From assembly GCA_965223905.1 (NCBI GenBank), contig CBDCXV010000010.1:64001-128000 (forward strand): a stretch of DNA of 64,000 nucleotides, written 5' to 3'. Shown in pieces: positions 11,655 to 21,400 of this stretch. The position numbers were made by a program, and so were the translations under genes. How positions within the stretch are numbered: position 1 is the stretch's first letter; the number at the start of each line of letters is the position of its first letter. The notes beneath the pieces were generated by a model that worked only from the letters and a program-made list of their open reading frames with translations, made no database searches and was not told the DNA's origin. This DNA comes from Candidatus Latescibacterota bacterium (lineage in GTDB: Bacteria > Latescibacterota > UBA2968 > UBA8231).

Positions 11655-11975
11655 AGTGGAATCAGTGCCAAAACTCGGATGTCACATGTCAGATGCTAAG
11701 TGCTTGCTATATAATAATTAATAATTAATAACCTGCAATAACTTTGATGTATCCCTCCCATAAAGACGTTTTTCGGAATGTCTTCCCAAGTGGAATCAGT
11801 GCCAAGACTGTCGGATGTCACATGTCAGATGCTAAGTGCTTGCTATATACTAGCAAGCAATAACTTTGGGTGTATACCTCCCAAAAAAAATTTAAATTCG
11901 TTCTTGACACCAGCGAGGCCACGTTTACCTTCGTTTGCAGAAGTTGTAAAGGCGTTTTTCGGAATGCCTTCCCAT
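11655..11975 (+). repeat. AT-rich imperfect tandem duplication (~135-bp period) upstream of alpA
   Basis: GTGGAATCAGTGCCAA...TCGGATGTCACATGTCAGATGCTAAGTGCTTGCTATATA occurs at ~11656 and ~11790; CGTTTTTCGGAATG(T/C)CTTCCCA occurs at ~11767 and ~11953. Confidence 0.8.
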
Positions 11976-12052
11976 TTCCAACCCCATTTCTAATTCACTG
12001 TCACAAGCAAGGGATATATGTTCCCACGCCAATAAAGAGCAAGGAAGAGGTT

Positions 12053-12253
12053 ATGGATGAAGCCAGAATTTTTCGTCTTCCGGAAGTTCTCGAGCGAACC
12101 GGTCTCTGCCGCACGACGATCTGGCGGAAGGTCAAGGCGGGCACCTTCCCCCCACCGGTGAAGCTGGGAGCGCGCGCCGTCGGCTGGCGATATTCGGATA
12201 TCAAGCAGTGGCTCGAAAACCTGCCCGAGGCGTGCCCCGCACCGACGACATAG
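12053..12253 (+). CDS. alpA: AlpA-family transcriptional regulator / excisionase
   Basis: FRLPEVLERTGLCRTTIWRKVKAGTFPPPVKLGARAVGW is a canonical AlpA signature; SD GAGG precedes the start. Confidence 0.9.
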   Translation: MDEARIFRLPEVLERTGLCRTTIWRKVKAGTFPPPVKLGARAVGWRYSDIKQWLENLPEACPAPTT

Positions 12254-13410
12254 ACTGGTCGGCCCTTATGGGGCCGGTGGCACTCCACCTGCTTGGAAAA
12301 CCGACGTCGATCGAGAACGGGGAAAAGACCTGGCGATACGGCCGAAAGGGTTCTCTGGCGGTGCACGTTGGCGGTTCGGAGGGGCTGGTCGGCTCCTGGA
12401 CCGACTTCGAAAGCGGCGACCAAGGGGGCGTGCTGGACCTGATCGAGAGGGAACGCAATTGCGAACGTCGCGCGGCTTTGGATTGGCTTCGCGACCAGGG
12501 GTTGATGATCCCCTCCGAGGACCAGCGAGGTCGGATCGGGGCGCCTCGATCCTCCCGCCGCACCCGGGCCTCCCAGGCTGCCCCTCAACGCCGATCCCGG
12601 GAGCCCACCCCGACACCTGCCGGCACAGACGGAGACCGCGAGGCGACAGCCTACGCCCGCCAGCTGTGGGCAAAAGGGGTCCCCGCCGACGACACCCCCG
12701 GTCGCATCTACCTGACCGAACGATGGGTCTGGCCCGGCCTCCATGTGACCGGAGCTCCGAATTTGCCCGCCGAAGTCGTGCGCTGGCTGTCCCGGAAGAC
12801 GGCCGCCCGAACCGTGGCCCCTTGCACCGAAAAGGGGTTGTGGCTGCCCAAAGGCGCGGCCGGAGCCCTGATGTTCGCGTTCACCGAAGCGGACAACGTG
12901 ATCGCCGTTCAGTTCGAGGGCCTGACCGCCGACGGGGAGCGCACCCCCTACACCACTCGCAGGCAGGAAATGAACCGATTCCGCCAGTTCCGGGGGCGGG
13001 TAGCCGGGGCCTACATGCTCCTTCGCCGGGCAGAAAGCAAAAGCCTTCTGATACTCGTCGAGGGCCCGGCCGACGCCCTGGCGGCCTGGTGGCTCTGGCC
13101 CAACGCGGCGGCCGTGTGGAGTTGCGCAGGGACCAGCGGCCTGGCACAGGTGCAGCCCGATCATGTGACCGGTTTCGACACGGTAGCTTTGGCCGCCGAC
13201 GGAGACCGCGCCGGACAGAAAGCTGCCTGGCGGACCACGGTGCGGCTGTTCGAAGCCGGTATTCCTGTCAAAAGATGGCCCAGCCGCCGCGGTGCTGACC
13301 CGGTGGACTCCTTGGCCGAACGCCTCCAGGAACGGGCTGCCATCGTCGAATTCGACGGCCGACTACCTCGCCTCGAGGCCGAAGCCGTGGCTTGGACACC
13401 GTACCTCTAA
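12208..13410 (+). CDS. Toprim-domain DNA primase-like protein
   Basis: N-terminal WRYGRKGSLAV...WTDFESGDQGGVLDLI; Toprim motifs LVEGPADAL and LAADGDRAG. Confidence 0.8.
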   Translation: MARKPARGVPRTDDIDWSALMGPVALHLLGKPTSIENGEKTWRYGRKGSLAVHVGGSEGLVGSWTDFESGDQGGVLDLIERERNCERRAALDWLRDQGLMIPSEDQRGRIGAPRSSRRTRASQAAPQRRSREPTPTPAGTDGDREATAYARQLWAKGVPADDTPGRIYLTERWVWPGLHVTGAPNLPAEVVRWLSRKTAARTVAPCTEKGLWLPKGAAGALMFAFTEADNVIAVQFEGLTADGERTPYTTRRQEMNRFRQFRGRVAGAYMLLRRAESKSLLILVEGPADALAAWWLWPNAAAVWSCAGTSGLAQVQPDHVTGFDTVALAADGDRAGQKAAWRTTVRLFEAGIPVKRWPSRRGADPVDSLAERLQERAAIVEFDGRLPRLEAEAVAWTPYL

Positions 13411-13421
13411 CCAACCCCCCC

Positions 13422-14636
13422 ATGGCCGATCCTGAACCTCTGAAAGAAGTGACCGCCGATCAGGTGGTGGCCCAAAAAGCCCTCAAAAAGTTGCGGAGGT
13501 ACGCCAAGGCAGTCGGCAAGCAGGAAGACACCGACTACGTAAACAGGTTGCGATCCGGACTCAGGAATCTGGTCGATCCCCCCGATGAGGGCGAAACGGA
13601 GGAAGAGGATCGGGAAGCTGACGCTCTGCTCGCCGTAGCCGAACGCTACTCCGACACCGAAGAAGCCGACCCGAAAGAACTCCTTGCCGAGATTCGGGCG
13701 GCTTTTTCCGACGACAACGACAGTTCCAAACACCTGCCGGACCCCGTAGTCGGCGACGCTTGGGATGTGGAGGACCCGGATCGCGAGTGGTTGGTTGACG
13801 GTTGGCTGCCCGCCGCCGAACTGGCCTTGCTGAGCGGCCCCGGAAACGTCGGAAAAAGCCTGTTGGTTCTGCAGCTCGCCAATGCGCTGGCTACGAGCCA
13901 GGAGGTTCCCAGTTGGCTACCCAAAGGGAAGAAAGCAACGGCCGAAGCCCCGGCCCTGAAATCGGAGGAGGGGGTGCCCGTGGTGATGGCGAATTGGGAG
14001 GACTCGGCTCCCGAAGCACGACATCGCCGTTTTAGACTGCATGCTTTCGGCGACTGCAAATGGGCGGATGCTTCCGACGTGAAAAAGCACCTGCACGTGT
14101 TGCCGATGCGCGGCCATGGCCCTACCTGGGGACCGGGCGGAACCGGACACATCTCCGTCATGGGCGAAGTGACCAAAACAGGGGAGGCCCTGCGTCGATA
14201 CTGTGAAGCCCACAAGGCCCGCCTGCTGGTGTTGGATCCGGTCAGCCTTGCCTTGGCGGTCGAGGAGAATTCCCGCCCCCTGGTTTCGGTGGCTTTGGAG
14301 AGTTGGGCCGGGTGGGCCAACGATACCGGCTGTGCGGTGTTGCTGACCGGACACCCCTCCAAGGTCACAGAAGGGGAAGGAAGCGACTACAGCGGCTCGA
14401 CGGCCTGGCGGGGCCTGGTGCGGAGCCTGTGGACGCTCAAGCCACTCAAGGATCCCGACCCCAACGCCGCAGAAACCCACGCGGAGTTGATCTTGAACAA
14501 AGCCAACTACGCCAAGGCCGGACAGATCCTGAACCTTGAGACCCACGGCAGAGGTGCTGCCTGGCATTTTCAGTCTACGGGCAGCGTGAAACGGAAGGGA
14601 ACCGGGGGGGGAAAAGAGGAAGTGAAACCGGCATGA
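13422..14636 (+). CDS. AAA_25 / RepA-like replicative helicase
   Basis: REWLVDGWLP, Walker A GPGNVGKS, Walker B LLVLDP, and GHPSK...YSGSTAW. Confidence 0.87.
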   Translation: MADPEPLKEVTADQVVAQKALKKLRRYAKAVGKQEDTDYVNRLRSGLRNLVDPPDEGETEEEDREADALLAVAERYSDTEEADPKELLAEIRAAFSDDNDSSKHLPDPVVGDAWDVEDPDREWLVDGWLPAAELALLSGPGNVGKSLLVLQLANALATSQEVPSWLPKGKKATAEAPALKSEEGVPVVMANWEDSAPEARHRRFRLHAFGDCKWADASDVKKHLHVLPMRGHGPTWGPGGTGHISVMGEVTKTGEALRRYCEAHKARLLVLDPVSLALAVEENSRPLVSVALESWAGWANDTGCAVLLTGHPSKVTEGEGSDYSGSTAWRGLVRSLWTLKPLKDPDPNAAETHAELILNKANYAKAGQILNLETHGRGAAWHFQSTGSVKRKGTGGGKEEVKPA

Positions 14637-16036
14637 ACAACCCCAAATCCCAAAATGAGGAAGCTCGGAAGTACGCCAACGACCACCGGATCGAGACTGT
14701 CCGCTACGCCATCCACGACGTCGGACGCCTGCAGGACTGGGCGAAGAAGGATCCAGAACGGTTCCCTACGGCTGTGGAGCTGGGCAAACGCTTAGAAGGA
14801 TTCGAACTCGAAGGCCGGCGCTACGTCTGTCAGAATGACGATTTTAATCCCCCAGAACTCGTAAAATTAGTGGCCGAGGCCCTGTACCCAGAGGACGAGT
14901 CAGTTTTTCTGGTGTCGGGAACATGGCAACAACCCTCTGGCCAATATGAAAAGAATCAGGAGGGTGCTAAGCCCGTTTTTGACCAGAATGGTCGGATATG
15001 GATTCCCGACGAAGACCCGTTCGAGTGGATCATCGAGGCCCTCAACGAGGCCGCGGTAAGCGCCGACGGATTGACAGCGCTGGCCGAAGTAGTACCCATA
15101 GATCCAGAAACTAGCCGACCCGATCCCATATTGGCAGCCCCTCTCGTTATGGTCCATCGAGACCACCAACAGGCCAACCTGTTCAGCCCATCGAGGTGGG
15201 GGGAGACACAAAATGGGCAGTACGAAATGTTTTCCGGATTCGGCCGCAGCCAGGAAGACGGTCCGATCGTCCCGGCACTTCCTATGGCGTTGTACGACCT
15301 GGGAGTCGGAGGCCATCAACATATATCGCCCGGTAGTGGCGCCCCGATGGCCCTGCGTATCTTCGTCGAAATGTGCCTGTCAGTACCTCTTGCAGAACGG
15401 AACCGGCCCGGCCCTGTGGTGTTAAAACCCCAACGCTTCTGCGAATTTCTGGAAACGCTGTATCCCGACTCCTCGTCCTATCGTCCCGGCCGCCACTATG
15501 GCCCCATACGCGAAGCCCTGGAAAGCCTGACGACTCCCCAAGCTCGGGTACCCTGGGTTGATCCGGAAACCGGCGACGGCGCGGCCCGTTTCGTGGTGGT
15601 TCCCTTGGACGTTCCTCGCGAAGGAAGAATGAAGGATTGGATTCAGTTCCAGGTCCATTTACCTCCCGGCTCCCACCGCGGCGCCATCGTGGACCGACCA
15701 GCCATGCGGGTAGCGGGAGTTAGGTCGGTGACGATGTATCGCATGGCGTTGTCGCTGGCACTACACTGGCACGATCCAGGACGCCTGCGAGTCCCAATTT
15801 CAAGGGGGAAAGAAAAGCATTGGTACCAAGTCCGATCCCCGGAACGATACCCCGAAGTCACGGATGCCCAATTGATTGGGATGGCCTACCCTCGCACCAG
15901 TGACGACGACAACCGCCGTATGCGGTTAAAGCGAGCTCAGGAAGCGCTAGACGCCTTGGTGGAAATCGGGTATGCCGCAGTGCATCCCAGGCGGCTAATA
16001 TATCCAGGACCCAAATGGGTGGGATGGGGTACGTAG
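14633..16036 (+). CDS. Hypothetical protein, possible replication initiator
   Basis: 467-aa ORF coupled (ATGA overlap) to the helicase and followed directly by iterons; function inferred from context only. Confidence 0.55.
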   Translation: MNNPKSQNEEARKYANDHRIETVRYAIHDVGRLQDWAKKDPERFPTAVELGKRLEGFELEGRRYVCQNDDFNPPELVKLVAEALYPEDESVFLVSGTWQQPSGQYEKNQEGAKPVFDQNGRIWIPDEDPFEWIIEALNEAAVSADGLTALAEVVPIDPETSRPDPILAAPLVMVHRDHQQANLFSPSRWGETQNGQYEMFSGFGRSQEDGPIVPALPMALYDLGVGGHQHISPGSGAPMALRIFVEMCLSVPLAERNRPGPVVLKPQRFCEFLETLYPDSSSYRPGRHYGPIREALESLTTPQARVPWVDPETGDGAARFVVVPLDVPREGRMKDWIQFQVHLPPGSHRGAIVDRPAMRVAGVRSVTMYRMALSLALHWHDPGRLRVPISRGKEKHWYQVRSPERYPEVTDAQLIGMAYPRTSDDDNRRMRLKRAQEALDALVEIGYAAVHPRRLIYPGPKWVGWGT

Positions 16037-16077
16037 GCCGGAAATCGCCGCTTAACCTAACGCCCGGAACTCAAGCC

Positions 16078-16482
16078 TAACCGACAAGCACCTTCCTCCC
16101 GGAGTTAGCGGATCGCGACGTCCGCCCTGAACCCCCAAAAAGGTCTCTAACGGGATTTTATCGGCCCCTTCGAAGCGTTAGAGACGTGCTTGTCGGTTAC
16201 GCCGACCCCCCTTTACAGCCCCTGGACGTTAACCTCGGTAGCGAAAATCCTTGAAAAAAGGGGCCGTATCCGATTTTTCTCCCCTTTTTTTTCCTAAAGA
16301 CGTGCTTGTCGGTTACGCCGATCCCTTACAGGCCCTTAAAAAACGTGCTTGTCGGTTACGCACGGGTGTGTCGCCCCTCTTCTTTCCTTGAGGGGAGGCC
16401 CCCCCGTCCTGTCGGTAAAAGACGTGCTTGTCGGTTACAAAAGACGTGCTTGTCGGTTACAAAAGACGTGCTTGTCGGTTAC
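16078..16482. repeat. Iteron-like repeats (putative replication origin)
   Basis: ACGTGCTTGTCGGTTAC at ~16184, ~16300 and 16343; three exact 22-bp tandem copies AAAAGACGTGCTTGTCGGTTAC at 16417-16482; an inverted partial copy at 16078-16091. Confidence 0.8.
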
Positions 16483-17402
16483 ATTTTCGCCCCTGCTAGT
16501 TCGGCTAACTTGTTGTCTGGCAACGAGTTGATTTTTCCGCGGAATGCCCACCGACCCCGACCCCCACGAGGGGAGGGGGGGGCCGCTGGGAGGGGACGAA
16601 GGGTGGCTCCCCTCCCGCGGCCATTCCAAAAAAAACCGTTTTCGTCATGTCGGCGATCACGGTATCGTCGTCGGCCAGGTATTTCCCGAACCGGCACCGA
16701 AACCCGACCTGGGTTGTCGATGTGGGTCCGACGACCTCGAGCAGCTTGCCGACACTTCCCCGGTTTTTTTGGAAAAATTTTGAAAATTTTCCACGAGCTC
16801 TGCGCGAGGGTAACTTCACCCCGCTGCGCAGCTCCGCGCGCTTCGCCGTCGATCTGAGATCCCCCCCCGACGGTCCCCCGGCCCCCTTCGCGCTCGTTCG
16901 TTCGCGTTCTTTCCGCCCCCTCGCGTTTCTCCGCCCCTCGCGGCGCTGACCGCCCCCCCTGGACGCGCTCCGGCCCCCTTCGTTGCACCGTGCAGCACCG
17001 TCAATTCAGCCTGCGGCGCCTCGTTTTTGAGTTCGTATATCAACCATTATCACAAGTAAAACAGCACCCAGCTAATAGCTATTGTCCGGTGGGTCGTCCG
17101 CCTTCGACCAGCCCGGCCGGACGGAACGAACTACTACGCCCTCGGCCCTTGAGAACCACCAACGGCCTTTCGATGGCTTTGGGAAACCGGCAAAAGGTGC
17201 CCGAGGTAGCAGGCCCCAGGGGATTTTCAAAGTGCTTGCTGACAAACAATCAGTACGCTAAGGGGCTCTCACTCTCACTCTAACTCTAACCCATCGCAGG
17301 TTGCCCCCCCGACTCAACAAAGCGAGGACCTGAACCTCCCCCTTTCGACTCGCCGGGCTCCAACCAATCGCGCGATTCGGCGCCCTTCTGCCGAGAAACA
17401 TT

Positions 17403-17431
17403 TTGCGCTACGTGGCGATAATTAGTATTGT
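17403..17431 (+). promoter_or_regulatory. Putative sigma70-type promoter of the accessory operon
   Basis: TTGCGC-17 nt-TATTGT lies upstream of SD AGGAGG and the first gene. Confidence 0.35.
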
Positions 17432-17476
17432 CTTATCTAAATGAACACTTCACCCCCAACAGGAGGAACAAAGACC

Positions 17477-17914
17477 GTGCTGACCTACAACGACTACCGC
17501 AACGTCGATTTGCGGACGGACGTGATGGAAACGGCGTCGGGAGAGGCTGTGAAACTGCCTGAGGTGCCGTTGCCTGAGATGATTTCGTTCAGGAACAGCG
17601 TGGCGAGTGAAGGGGATTGGGTGCTTGCCGACTACCTGCGGCAGTTCGTGCCGGAGGTATTCCTGTCGAATCTCGGCGCGGCGATAGCGCACTCGATTGA
17701 CCCGGCTATGAACAGCGTCGGCGTCGAGGCGGCGATCAGGGTGTCTCATGAGACCCTGTCGGGGTTGGATGCGGAGACCTTCGCCCACGAAATCAACCTC
17801 GCCCGCGCCTGCGAGTTCATCCGGCCCGGCTACCTCGCCGCATGCGCCCGGGAGCAGGGTATGGATCAGGACTACTGCGCGGCGGCGAAGTATGTGCAGG
17901 AGGCGACGGCATGA
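17477..17914 (+). CDS. Hypothetical protein
   Basis: SD AGGAGG and GTG start; open frame, first gene of a co-directional operon. Confidence 0.65.
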   Translation: MLTYNDYRNVDLRTDVMETASGEAVKLPEVPLPEMISFRNSVASEGDWVLADYLRQFVPEVFLSNLGAAIAHSIDPAMNSVGVEAAIRVSHETLSGLDAETFAHEINLARACEFIRPGYLAACAREQGMDQDYCAAAKYVQEATA

Positions 17915-18027
17915 GCTTCTCCCTCACGGTGCTGTTCACGCTGCTTGTGATCTACCTCGTGTTGCTTCTCACGGTGCCGATTTACATGGCATTAACCACA
18001 CGTCGCAACGGGCGACGATACAGGTAA
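17911..18027 (+). CDS. 38-aa single-transmembrane peptide
   Basis: ATGA overlap with the previous gene; MSFSLTVLFTLLVIYLVLLLTVPIYMALTTRRNGRRYR. Confidence 0.55.
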   Translation: MSFSLTVLFTLLVIYLVLLLTVPIYMALTTRRNGRRYR

Positions 18028-18100
18028 CGGTGAGGGGGCGGGAGCCTTTTCGGGGCTTCCGCCTAAGCCTACGTGCCGGCGTCTCAAGTGCCGGCGCCCT
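18022..18100 (+). ncRNA. Putative type-P5 twister ribozyme 1
   Basis: GGT-AA-CGGT-GAGGGG-[GCGGGAGCC/GGCTTCCGC hairpin]-CTAA-GCCT-AC-[GCCGGC GTCTCAAGT GCCGGC]; predicted cut at 18064/18065. Confidence 0.7.
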
Positions 18101-18127
18101 TTAACCCATTCAGGAGGAACAGGCAAG

Positions 18128-18703
18128 ATGAAAGAGATCACGATTCAACGCTCGGAGCTGGAAGGGGCTGGTATCCAGCCCTACGTCGCCATGCTCCTGC
18201 TCGGACACGACCCGGGCACCTTGTCGGCGGCGACGATGCCCAAGGCGATGCGCGAGTTCGCGGCGCGCCACAACGTGCTGATGGCGCTGATGATGCCGGA
18301 CGCCTCGGCGAACTTCCGGGGTGGCAACGTGTGGGTGACAGGTTGGGCGGGGCAGGGGGCAGAGGAGGATTGGCGGCCGGAGCGATGCCAGTTCGTGGTA
18401 GAGCAGGAGACCGAGCTGATGATGCCGGTGACTTTGGAGTTGAAGATGAAATTGAGCGGCCGCGTGCTTCGGTATGACGCGGACATTCCGTCCGGTCCGG
18501 TGTCCGTGGTCGACGAATGGACCACGCTCGGGGCGATACTCGCACAGTGTCCCGAGTTGGCCGACGAGGTGCTGCGGTCAGGCGACACGCTCGCGGTGGT
18601 TATCGAGCAGCCGGAGGCCCCGGAGGCCCCGGAGCTCGGAAGCGACAAGGACCGGGATCGAATGAACAAGGACGGTACCCCGCCCATTGTTTGGTCGAGG
18701 TGA
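18128..18703 (+). CDS. Hypothetical protein
   Basis: SD AGGAGG and a 191-aa ORF. Confidence 0.7.
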   Translation: MKEITIQRSELEGAGIQPYVAMLLLGHDPGTLSAATMPKAMREFAARHNVLMALMMPDASANFRGGNVWVTGWAGQGAEEDWRPERCQFVVEQETELMMPVTLELKMKLSGRVLRYDADIPSGPVSVVDEWTTLGAILAQCPELADEVLRSGDTLAVVIEQPEAPEAPELGSDKDRDRMNKDGTPPIVWSR

Positions 18704-18775
18704 GAGGTGAGAGGGGCGGGGGGAGACCCCGCCCTAACCCCACAGCCCGGACATCTCAAGTACCGGGCCACCCAT
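18699..18775 (+). ncRNA. Putative twister ribozyme 2 (more degenerate)
   Basis: GAGAGG-[GGCGGGG/CCCCGCC]-CTAA-CCCC-AC-[GCCCGG...ATCTCAAGT...CCGGGC]; GAGG can pair with TCTC (T1); P2 is weak. Confidence 0.55.
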
Positions 18776-18792
18776 TCACAGGAGGTAGCAGC

Positions 18793-19368
18793 ATGTATCT
18801 CAGAGACGGAAAGGTCGGACAGACCTTCAAAGAGCCGAAGAGCGGCAGGTTCGTCACCCTCTTCGACATCAACGGCGGCGAGGCGACGTTCAGCTACACG
18901 ACGGGCGTCGAGGCGACGGGTATGGGACCTGTCGGCGAAGTGTTCCCGATGGGCGATTGGGAGCCTGTCCCGATCCCTGTCATCCCCGACAGCCCTTGGG
19001 GGCAAACGCAGTACGTTGGCGGCGTGGCGGAGGGCATCTACAGGATCATCACGGCCTCTCACGGCGGTCTCAGACTGTTGCAGGCTGCGCAGGACAAGCT
19101 GCCTCCGGGAGTGCGTCAGATGTTCCTGAACGGCCCCGAGTGGGCCGAAGAGGACTGCGAGGAGATCATCGTGCTCGCGTTGCTCGGGTTGACCGGCAAG
19201 CGGGAGATCCTGCTGGCGCTGAAGATGGCGCAACAGATCCCCCGGTATCAGCCGGCAGTGGCCAAGCTGTGCGAGCTCGCCGGCGTCGAGGTAGTCGAGA
19301 CCCCGGCGCTGAACCCGTTGCAGGGCTCGTACGCACACGCGGACGGGCGTACCGAGTACTCGGATTAG
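18793..19368 (+). CDS. Hypothetical protein with a DUF7007-like motif
   Basis: SPWGQTQ...AEGIYRIITASHGGLRL...WAEEDCE resembles a plasmid-associated family recalled as DUF7007. Confidence 0.6.
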   Translation: MYLRDGKVGQTFKEPKSGRFVTLFDINGGEATFSYTTGVEATGMGPVGEVFPMGDWEPVPIPVIPDSPWGQTQYVGGVAEGIYRIITASHGGLRLLQAAQDKLPPGVRQMFLNGPEWAEEDCEEIIVLALLGLTGKREILLALKMAQQIPRYQPAVAKLCELAGVEVVETPALNPLQGSYAHADGRTEYSD

Positions 19369-19371
19369 AAA

Positions 19372-19419
19372 CCACAAGGGGTAGGGGTATGACGAGCTCG
19401 TGCAGCCCCTACCCCTTGT
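19372..19419 (+). other. 15-bp perfect intergenic hairpin
   Basis: CACAAGGGGTAGGGG...CCCCTACCCCTTGTG, with no U-tract, directly before the next SD. Confidence 0.6.
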
Positions 19420-19435
19420 GGAAAGGACAAACGAA

Positions 19436-19597
19436 ATGAGCTTGAACATCGAGAAGGTGCGGGAGCTGATGGAATCGGCGGCGGAGACCCTGGAGCTGTC
19501 CGGCTCCGAGGACCTGCACGTGACCGCGGCGGCCTGCCGCATCCGCTTCTACGCTTCACAGCTGGAAGAGTGGGAGTTGGAGGTCTACGAGGAATGA
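19436..19597 (+). CDS. Small hypothetical protein
   Basis: SD AAGGA; 53-aa ORF. Confidence 0.5.
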   Translation: MSLNIEKVRELMESAAETLELSGSEDLHVTAAACRIRFYASQLEEWELEVYEE

Positions 19598-19698
19598 CAA
19601 CCATCATCGAAGTCAGGCGCATCGTTGCTTTCGACGCCAACGGAGAGCCCGTGTGGCGGACGTTGCTGGAGGTGCGCATCAGGGAGAATGAACGATGA
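19594..19698 (+). CDS. 34-aa hypothetical peptide
   Basis: ATGA overlaps at both ends and GGAGG upstream. Confidence 0.4.
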   Translation: MTTIIEVRRIVAFDANGEPVWRTLLEVRIRENER

Positions 19699-20504
19699 AT
19701 CACGCAGGAACCAAGGTTTTCACGGACAAGATCGACGACGTAAGGATGCGCGAGATGTGCAGCATCATCGCCGCCTACATCGCCTCGCGCACCGCGGCGG
19801 TAGACTGGACGGGCGTCGAGGCCCTCGCCGCCGTCGCCGCCGAACTCGGGTTTGTGGACCGGGACGGGGTGATCGTCGGCGGACTCGCCGAATACCTCCA
19901 ACAGAGCTTGGGGGCGGAGCACGTCAACTATCGGCCCGCCATCAACATCCTGCAGGCTGCCGGCAGAGCGCGGGACGTGACGGACCTGAACAGCCTCACG
20001 GTGCACGTCGATGTAGAGGTGACCGAGGGAGACATCGCGGACGGTATCCAGGGGAATTGCGACCTGTGCGCCCTGGCGCTGGCGCTGCAGCGGGCAGTTG
20101 GCATCGAGGTCCACGTGCACGTGACGGGTACGATGGCCTACCTCGACGGGTTCTATCACTGCTGGCTGCCGGCAGAGGTCAAGACCTTCATCAGCCTGTT
20201 CGACAACAACTCCGACAACGGTGTGACGGTCAAGCCCTTCAAGGTGCACCTGATCTTCATCGCGACGGGACCGAGGGCGATTCCCGAGGAAGCGCGGTGC
20301 AACGCAAGCCGGTTCAGAAACGATGCCACGCCGACGTGGAGCTACTGGATCGAGACGGACGGCCCGGTGCTGGAGGATAGCGTCAGGGCGCACACGCTGG
20401 CAGAGGCGCGGCAGTTGATCCGAGCCGCACACCCCAACGACATCGGAGCGGACGGCGAGGTCACAGGGCCTGGCGGTCACAGCTTCCCGGTGTTCAGGAA
20501 GTAG
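19695..20504 (+). CDS. Hypothetical protein
   Basis: 269-aa ORF; contains DIADGIQGNCDLCALALAL. Confidence 0.7.
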   Translation: MNHAGTKVFTDKIDDVRMREMCSIIAAYIASRTAAVDWTGVEALAAVAAELGFVDRDGVIVGGLAEYLQQSLGAEHVNYRPAINILQAAGRARDVTDLNSLTVHVDVEVTEGDIADGIQGNCDLCALALALQRAVGIEVHVHVTGTMAYLDGFYHCWLPAEVKTFISLFDNNSDNGVTVKPFKVHLIFIATGPRAIPEEARCNASRFRNDATPTWSYWIETDGPVLEDSVRAHTLAEARQLIRAAHPNDIGADGEVTGPGGHSFPVFRK

Positions 20505-20617
20505 CGGCGAGGGGACCGGGGTCCCGAAAGGGAGCGAGGGGCAGTGAGGAGCTGTCCCTCGCTTGGCAATCCCGGTCTAAGCCTACTGCCGGTGTCTCAA
20601 GTGCCGGCGCCTTCTAC
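20496..20617 (+). ncRNA. Putative type-P5 twister ribozyme 3 (branched P1 insert)
   Basis: CGGC-GAGGGG-ACCGGG...CCCGGT-CTAA-GCCT-AC-TGCCGGT-GTCTCAAGT-GCCGGCG; predicted cut at 20578/20579. Confidence 0.72.
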
Positions 20618-20641
20618 CCCATTCAGGAGCAAGAAATCGAC

Positions 20642-21259
20642 ATGGACATGGAGCGAATGATTTACCCGAACCGGGCGCAGGTTCAAATCGACGTGGTGGA
20701 CCACCTGCGAAAGGCGGCGGACTTCCTCGCTGTCGATGAGGAATCGATGCGGAATCCGGCCAACGTGGCGGCCTTGATGCTGCGGGAGATGTACACAGGC
20801 GGCGGGACGCTGTCCGATTACGTGGGCTCCTCGCTCGGGGAGTACATCGTCGAAACGCTCGGACTGACCGAGGCGCGGCTCGATTGGGAAGAGGAGGAGG
20901 ACGTGTGGATGGTGAGGCACCACAACTACGGACGGGAGACGCTCTACGGGGCCTATACCTCGTATCAGGAGATGCAGGACGCGGTGACTGCATCCGGAGT
21001 GATGGCCGTGTTCGCCTCTGACGGAGCCTGGGAGCGCATCTGTCGCCTCGACCTGTTGGACAACCCCGGAGCCGAGCGGCTGCGAGGGGAGGCCCTGGTG
21101 TCCCGCGTGAAGGAGATCCTGCGCGGCGCCGGCGCCGGCATCAGAGAAGGCGGCAGGGCGGGGGAGCTCGCCGCGTTGGCCATTCACCGCGCAAGCGGCC
21201 AATTCAGCTACGAGGACCTCAACTGCGAGGACCTCTACGAAGAGGACAAGGGGGTGTGA
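20642..21259 (+). CDS. Hypothetical protein (paralog A)
   Basis: 205-aa ORF, clearly similar to 21604-22206. Confidence 0.75.
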   Translation: MDMERMIYPNRAQVQIDVVDHLRKAADFLAVDEESMRNPANVAALMLREMYTGGGTLSDYVGSSLGEYIVETLGLTEARLDWEEEEDVWMVRHHNYGRETLYGAYTSYQEMQDAVTASGVMAVFASDGAWERICRLDLLDNPGAERLRGEALVSRVKEILRGAGAGIREGGRAGELAALAIHRASGQFSYEDLNCEDLYEEDKGV

Positions 21260-21376
21260 ACGGCGAGGGGACCGGGGTCCCGAAAAGGGAGCGAGGGGCA
21301 GTGAGGAACTGTCCCTCGCTTGGCAATCCCGGTCTAAGCCTACGTGCCGGCGTCTCAAGTGCCGGCGCTTCTCTTT
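21250..21376 (+). ncRNA. Putative type-P5 twister ribozyme 4
   Basis: Near-identical to ribozyme 3; predicted cut at 21335/21336. Confidence 0.72.
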
Positions 21377-21400
21377 TAACCCATTCAGGAGAGGATTGGA

